Under the pieces are notes generated by a model, which worked only from the letters and a program-made list of their open reading frames with translations, made no database searches and was not told the origin of the DNA. DNA of 64,000 nt from an uncultured Bacilli bacterium (GTDB lineage Bacteria > Bacillota_I > Bacilli_A > RF39 > UBA660): assembly GCA_934148535.1 (NCBI GenBank), contig CAKPDF010000003.1, positions 29,515 through 93,514 on the forward strand, read 5' to 3'. Position 1 is the first letter of the stretch. Each line of letters starts with the position of its first letter. A program made the position numbers and the translations under genes. Shown here piece by piece: positions 57,448 through 64,000 of this stretch.

Positions 57448-59178
57448 ATGAAAAAAATTAAAGAATTATTTAGAAATAATCCCATGTTAATATCTGGTAT
57501 ATTAATAGTTATTATTTTAACAACATATTATATTTATTCAAAAAATACATATTATAAAGTTAAAAAAATAAATTCTAAAAAAGATATATTTGAAAATACT
57601 ACTATAAAAGTAGAAAAAAAAGACCTAGATAAAGCATCAAATAGCACAAAGGAAGGTGAAGAATATTTAATAGAAGGAGATTTTTTAAGTGATAATATCG
57701 TAACAGATGAAGAACTAAAAGCTATGGAACATAATACAAAAGTATTACAATTATTAGTGGATTCAGCAGAAGAAAATGAAGTAATTACCCTAAAAGAAGG
57801 AGTATATTATTTTACCAAAGGAGGAAGTAATACCAAAGGTAATGAAGACTACGTAATTAAGCTTTCAAACAACGTAAATATAACAGGAGCAGGAACTTCC
57901 AAAGAAATATCAACAATATTAAAACCATATGCTAAAGAAAATACAATTGAATATGGTTTAGATATGTTTTATTATAATGAACTAATTGACTCACAAGGAA
58001 CTAATCCGCAATATTTAGAAAATGTAAGTTTTAGCAATTTCATAATAGATGGTATTAGTGTTAGAGGTAAAAATTACAATACATCAGGAAAAGGATTTAT
58101 GATAAACTTATGTAGAAATTGTTTTTGGAACAATATTACTATTCAAAATACCGACGCCACAGGCTTTGGTATGGATAATATTATAAACGGAAAAATTTCT
58201 AACAGTACTGCAATTAATTGCGGGAAAAATGCTAGTGCTAATTCTGAAGGGGCATCTGGATTTGGAATAGGTACTGGATATAGTAATGAAGAGTCAGTAA
58301 TAATAGAAAACTGTAAATCAATCGGAAATAAAAAATATGGGTACTTTTTTGAACATCAAGGAATATTCAATAGATATTATCAAGCAAATTCATCGAAAGG
58401 ATTTATCGTAAGAAATAGCACCGCTACAGGTAATTTATATAATTTTGGAGGAAGAAGAGCCAATGATACAAGTTACATAAATTGTACTTCTACCACAGAT
58501 ACTACAGACCAAGATGGTACTCCAATTAATTATACTAAACAAGACATATATTTTGATGATCAATCAAGAAGAACTTTAATTCAAAATTTTCAGATAGACA
58601 AAATTCCATTTAATGATGTAAACCAGAATAGCTATTATTATAAAGCTATAGAATGGGCTTATAAAAATAGTATTACATATGGAACTGATAAAAATAATTT
58701 TGGAATTGGAAAAGAAATATCTAGAGCAGAAGCAATAACTTTACTATGGCGTTATTCCAATAGACCTGGTGATGTTCTTGTAGACAATTTAGTTAGTACT
58801 AACAGTCTAAAACAATCAAATATAGATACTGGATTTATAGATGTATCAAAAGATGCATGGTATGCACAGGCAATTAAATGGGGAAAAGAACAAGGAATAA
58901 CTAATGGAACAACAGTAGAAAATTTTAGTCCAAATTCATCAATTACTAGAGCACAATTTGTTACAATGTTATATAGGTATGCAGGAAGTCCAAAAGTAAA
59001 TTCCACAAATAATTTTGCTGATGTTAAATCAAATTCATCATATTATGATGCCATAAATTGGGCTGCTAATAAAGGAATAACTAATGGAACAACTACAACT
59101 ACCTTCTCACCAGATAAAAACTGTACTAGAGAAGAAGTAATAACTATGTTATATAGATATAATAATATTATAAAGTAA
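57448..59178 (+). CDS. secreted/anchored beta-helix protein with three C-terminal SLH domains
   Basis: N-terminal TM/signal sequence. The central region has repetitive N..I.N / G.G turns. Three repeats of F.DV....YY..AI.WA...GIT.G......F.P....TR.. match the SLH pattern. Confidence 0.65.
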   Translation: MKKIKELFRNNPMLISGILIVIILTTYYIYSKNTYYKVKKINSKKDIFENTTIKVEKKDLDKASNSTKEGEEYLIEGDFLSDNIVTDEELKAMEHNTKVLQLLVDSAEENEVITLKEGVYYFTKGGSNTKGNEDYVIKLSNNVNITGAGTSKEISTILKPYAKENTIEYGLDMFYYNELIDSQGTNPQYLENVSFSNFIIDGISVRGKNYNTSGKGFMINLCRNCFWNNITIQNTDATGFGMDNIINGKISNSTAINCGKNASANSEGASGFGIGTGYSNEESVIIENCKSIGNKKYGYFFEHQGIFNRYYQANSSKGFIVRNSTATGNLYNFGGRRANDTSYINCTSTTDTTDQDGTPINYTKQDIYFDDQSRRTLIQNFQIDKIPFNDVNQNSYYYKAIEWAYKNSITYGTDKNNFGIGKEISRAEAITLLWRYSNRPGDVLVDNLVSTNSLKQSNIDTGFIDVSKDAWYAQAIKWGKEQGITNGTTVENFSPNSSITRAQFVTMLYRYAGSPKVNSTNNFADVKSNSSYYDAINWAANKGITNGTTTTTFSPDKNCTREEVITMLYRYNNIIK

Positions 59179-59544
59179 AAAAGTATTTTTTCTGTAATTT
59201 AAAAAATTAGTCTTAAAAATTAATCAAAAATTTAAGAACCTCTAAATAGAAATTTAAAATCTAATTCCCAAAGTATATCAATATATTAATAACTAATATT
59301 AATGAGTATTAAAAATTAAAAAACATCAATTTGTATAATTAAATTAAATATGGTATTATTCAAAACGAAAGAGGCAATTATTCATATATTTAAACATTAA
59401 TTATAATTGCTACTCCCCAATATTCGTTTGTACTTCTTTTAAAAATATGCCTCTTTCATAAATATTATTAAAATATCACCTTGACTAATTTACAAGTATT
59501 AAAATATTTGCTATACTTAAATAGAGCCGCTGGTTCTCGTATGA

Positions 59545-61183
<1,639 letters not shown>

Positions 61184-61185
<2 letters not shown>

Positions 61186-61213
61186 AGCAATAAATCATAG
61201 CATTTATTGCTCT
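61184..61213. terminator. bidirectional terminator between pyrG and cysS
   Basis: AGAGCAATAAAT-catagc-ATTTATTGCTCT, a 12-bp perfect stem. Confidence 0.65.
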
Positions 61214-61218
61214 ATTCT

Positions 61219-62616
61219 TTAATTTACCTCATAAACAGTTCCTTCTCTAGTATCTTTAATAACTATTCCCTTTTGCAAAAGTTCATCTCTTACTTTATCA
61301 GCGCTAACAAAATCTTTATTTTTTTTGTATTCATTTCTTTTATTAATCATATTTTCAATATATATTTTTAGTTCATCATCTATAATATTTTCATCTTCTT
61401 TTAGCAAGTCTAAACTAAGAACACTATCAAAAGACTTAATTAATTCTATTTTAGTAGTACCAGACATATCACTATCTTTTAGCACATCATACATTATAGT
61501 AATACAAGAAGAAGTATTTAAATCATTGCTTAGTGCATCTTTAAATCTATCATTGTACATATTAAACTTATCAATCTCAAGTTTCCCTTCATTTTTTATT
61601 GCTTGCACTCTATTTTTTAACTTTTTATATTCATTCATAGCGCCATCTAATATATCATAACTAAAAGTCAAAGCATTATGATAATAACTATTTAAACATA
61701 AATAACGATAAGCCAAAGGATTATATCCTTTTTCCTCCAATAAAGAAACAGTTAAGAACTCTCCCCTACTCTTACTCATCTTACCATTTTTATCGTTTAA
61801 AAATCCCATATGAACCCAAAAATTACACCATTTATGTCCTAAATAACATTCACTTTGTGCAATCTCATTAGTATGATGTGGAAATATAGCATCTTCAGCA
61901 CCACAATGAATATCCAAATATTCACCAAGATATTTAATACTAATACCAGAGCACTCAATATGCCAACCAGGGTATCCTCTACCCCAAGGACTATCCCATT
62001 GTAATTCTTGATTATTAAATTTAGAATTAGTAAACCAAAGACCAAAATCAAAAGGATTCTTTTTAGAAGTATCTTCTTTAATATCTTCTCTAACTGCTAC
62101 CATTAAATCTTCTGGATTTCTACCAGATAAATGATAATAGTCATCATATTTAGAAGTATCAAAATAAACATTACCATCACTAATATAAGCATATCCATCC
62201 TCAAGTAATTTAGAAATAATTTTAATATATTCATCTATATTATCAGTAGCAGGACTAACAGTATCAGGCCATCTTATATTTAATTTTTCACAATCACTCT
62301 TAAATGCATCAGTATAGAATTTAGCAATATCCATAGAACTCTTATGTTCTCTTTTAGAGGCAACAAGCATCTTATCTTCTCCAGAGTCCCCATCACCTAC
62401 TAAATGACCAACATCAGTAATATTCATAACTCTATCAACATCGTATCCTAAATATTTTAAACCTTTTTCTAAAATATCTTCAGATATATAAGTCCTTAAA
62501 TTACCAATATGAGCATAATGATATACAGTTGGACCACAAGTATACATTCTAACCTTTTTACCATCTCTAGGTTTAAATTCTTCTACTCCTTTATTCATTG
62601 TATTATATAATTTCAT
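61219..62616 (-). CDS. cysS: cysteine--tRNA ligase
   Basis: MKLYNT... start, the HIGN motif ([10 protein letters not shown]), the KMSKS motif and the CGPT zinc site. Confidence 0.95.
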   Translation of the reverse strand: MKLYNTMNKGVEEFKPRDGKKVRMYTCGPTVYHYAHIGNLRTYISEDILEKGLKYLGYDVDRVMNITDVGHLVGDGDSGEDKMLVASKREHKSSMDIAKFYTDAFKSDCEKLNIRWPDTVSPATDNIDEYIKIISKLLEDGYAYISDGNVYFDTSKYDDYYHLSGRNPEDLMVAVREDIKEDTSKKNPFDFGLWFTNSKFNNQELQWDSPWGRGYPGWHIECSGISIKYLGEYLDIHCGAEDAIFPHHTNEIAQSECYLGHKWCNFWVHMGFLNDKNGKMSKSRGEFLTVSLLEEKGYNPLAYRYLCLNSYYHNALTFSYDILDGAMNEYKKLKNRVQAIKNEGKLEIDKFNMYNDRFKDALSNDLNTSSCITIMYDVLKDSDMSGTTKIELIKSFDSVLSLDLLKEDENIIDDELKIYIENMINKRNEYKKNKDFVSADKVRDELLQKGIVIKDTREGTVYEVN

Positions 62617-62733
62617 ACGTATCCCTCCAATAAAACTTATCAAAATTATACTCCAAAAATACTAAAAAATCAATTGCACTCTAAATAAAACTATAGTATA
62701 ATAAAACTGTAGAGTAGAAAGTGAGGTAAAATT

Positions 62734-63369
62734 ATGAATAAAAAATCATCAATATTAAATTTAGATGCCAATATAGTTGTATTAATCGCATATTTAGGAG
62801 GATTAGTTTTCAGATGGCTCCATATATTATGCTATTTAGCATGGATAATTCCATTAATAATATATTTATGTGAATCAAAAAATGAATTTGTAAAAAAACA
62901 ATCAGCTCAAGCAACATTATTATATTTAGTAAGTTCATTATTATCAGTAGCAGTATATATGCTTTTAATAATATTTGCGCCTAGCAAATCTCAAGATATA
63001 TATAATATGATAATAACAGGATCATTATTTTTAGTAGGAGTAATATCAATTTTAGCAACTATAATAGCAATAACAATAACAATATTTGGAATAGTAGCAA
63101 TAGTAAAAACATATAACTATGAAGATTATGAAATACCATATTTATCTAAATATCTATCTAAATTTAGAAGTTATTTAGAAATATTAGAAGGTAAAAATAA
63201 ACAAAAAGCAGAACCATGTCATTGTGAAGAATGTCATTGCACTGAAGAACAACCAAAGGAAGATATTAAAACAATAAAGATAAGACCACATAAAATAAGA
63301 AACAGAAAAGAAAGTAATACTACATCAAGATCAAGAACAAAAGTTCAAAAAATTCATAAAGAAAAATAG
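62734..63369 (+). CDS. polytopic membrane protein (DUF4870-like) with a Cys/His-rich, basic C-terminal tail
   Basis: Three to four TM helices are followed by ...EPCHCEECHCTEEQPKE... and a Lys/Arg-rich tail. Confidence 0.45.
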   Translation: MNKKSSILNLDANIVVLIAYLGGLVFRWLHILCYLAWIIPLIIYLCESKNEFVKKQSAQATLLYLVSSLLSVAVYMLLIIFAPSKSQDIYNMIITGSLFLVGVISILATIIAITITIFGIVAIVKTYNYEDYEIPYLSKYLSKFRSYLEILEGKNKQKAEPCHCEECHCTEEQPKEDIKTIKIRPHKIRNRKESNTTSRSRTKVQKIHKEK

Positions 63370-63459
63370 ATTTATATTATATTCTTTGCGAAAGTTTACA
63401 AATAATATTAAAAACTTTCGCAAATTTTAAATAAACATAATAGAAAAAAGGGTGATAGT

Positions 63460-64000
63460 GTGAAAATAACATTGTTTTTAAATGATAGACTTATAAATTT
63501 TGAATTACCACAAGAAATTTCTGGAAATTACACTTTTGATGAAAATCCAAATGAAGAATCAAAACTAATAAATATAGAAGCAAGAGATAATAAATGGTAT
63601 ATTTATTCGACTGAAGATACAAAAATAGTAGATAATAATATAGAAAAAAAAGAAAAAGAAATTTCTGATAATATGTATATAAATCTTAAAAGATTTGATA
63701 AAGTATATTTAATATATATTAATATAACTAAAAATGATAAAATGATGACATATAAATTTAGTCAAGAATTAAATATGTTAATAGGAAATGATAATTCATG
63801 TAATATTGTATATAACAATCAATTTATAAATTCATTAGTAGCAAAAATTTCTTACAAAGAAAATAAGTTAGTCTTAGAAGCATCAACAAATACACTTATA
63901 TATATAAATAACAAAAGATTAGAAAATCAAGAATATAATATAAATGTAGGTGATAAATTAAGTATATTCAACTTGAATATAACATTTTTAAATGGATTAT
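63460..64000 (+). CDS. FHA-like domain protein, N-terminal part (possibly an EssC/FtsK-SpoIIIE-type T7SS ATPase); runs off the window
   Basis: GTG at 63460 follows AAGGGTGA. The open frame runs to the window end: VKITLFLNDRLINFELPQE...LIGNDNSCNIVYNN...LIYINNKRL...VGDKLSIFNLNITF. This is the FHA pattern seen at EssC N-termini. Confidence 0.35.
   Translation, partial: MKITLFLNDRLINFELPQEISGNYTFDENPNEESKLINIEARDNKWYIYSTEDTKIVDNNIEKKEKEISDNMYINLKRFDKVYLIYINITKNDKMMTYKFSQELNMLIGNDNSCNIVYNNQFINSLVAKISYKENKLVLEASTNTLIYINNKRLENQEYNINVGDKLSIFNLNITFLNGL

Noticed and set aside
62617-62733. T-box leaders upstream of cysS (and of argS at ~31380-31535)
   Set aside because: The spacers are too short (~117 nt and shared with other genes). 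They lack a recognisable T-box sequence or specifier/antiterminator arrangement.

Overview
Origin-of-replication region of a very AT-rich, endospore-forming Bacillota chromosome. It uses the standard code, since TGA acts as a stop (for example the ATGA overlap at 49612-49615). SpoIVA, SpoVIF, BofA, YaaT, ComK and the RpoE delta subunit point to a Bacilli/Erysipelotrichia-like lineage, not a Mollicute.

Left arm, all minus strand: pth (partial), rsmI, YabB-like methyltransferase, yaaT, holB, bofA, recR, yaaK, dnaX, SRP RNA, a ~1.6-kb gene-free repeat array, gyrA, gyrB, recF, a comK-like gene, dnaN, dnaA flanked by two DnaA-box clusters (bipartite oriC), and a stand-alone HerA/DUF87-like ATPase.

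Right arm, plus strand: rpmH, rnpA, yidC, jag, mscS-like, mnmE, mnmG, rsmG, a membrane-anchored protein, and a double-length Noc/ParB-family protein.

The rest mixes housekeeping and accessory genes:
- housekeeping: class A PBP, argS, rpoE, hup, spoIVA, der, engB, pyrG, cysS
- accessory: DUF2229 pair, two VUT-type transporters plus an XRE-S24 repressor, a MerR/CMD-cupin/flavodoxin operon, an islet of small hypothetical genes, a MoxR-DUF58-VWA-TPR (Bat-like) operon, a pentapeptide protein, an SLH/beta-helix protein, and a partial FHA/EssC-like ORF at the right edge

No rRNA, tRNA, CRISPR, transposase or integrase was seen.

The most notable signal is the gene-free block at 6560-8040. It contains six consensus parS palindromes (TGTTTCACGTGAAACA type). 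These alternate with Noc-binding-site palindromes (ATTTCCCGGGAAAT, one exact) and with phased, same-orientation ATTTCCC half-sites. The whole block is organised as tandemly duplicated ~324-bp modules.

The only ParB-family gene in the window has a Noc-like recognition helix. It lacks the Noc membrane helix and carries a ~300-aa Pro/Gln-rich insertion. No soj/spo0J sits at the canonical position.

All functional calls rest on my reading of the translated ORFs and on remembered family motifs. No database search was run.
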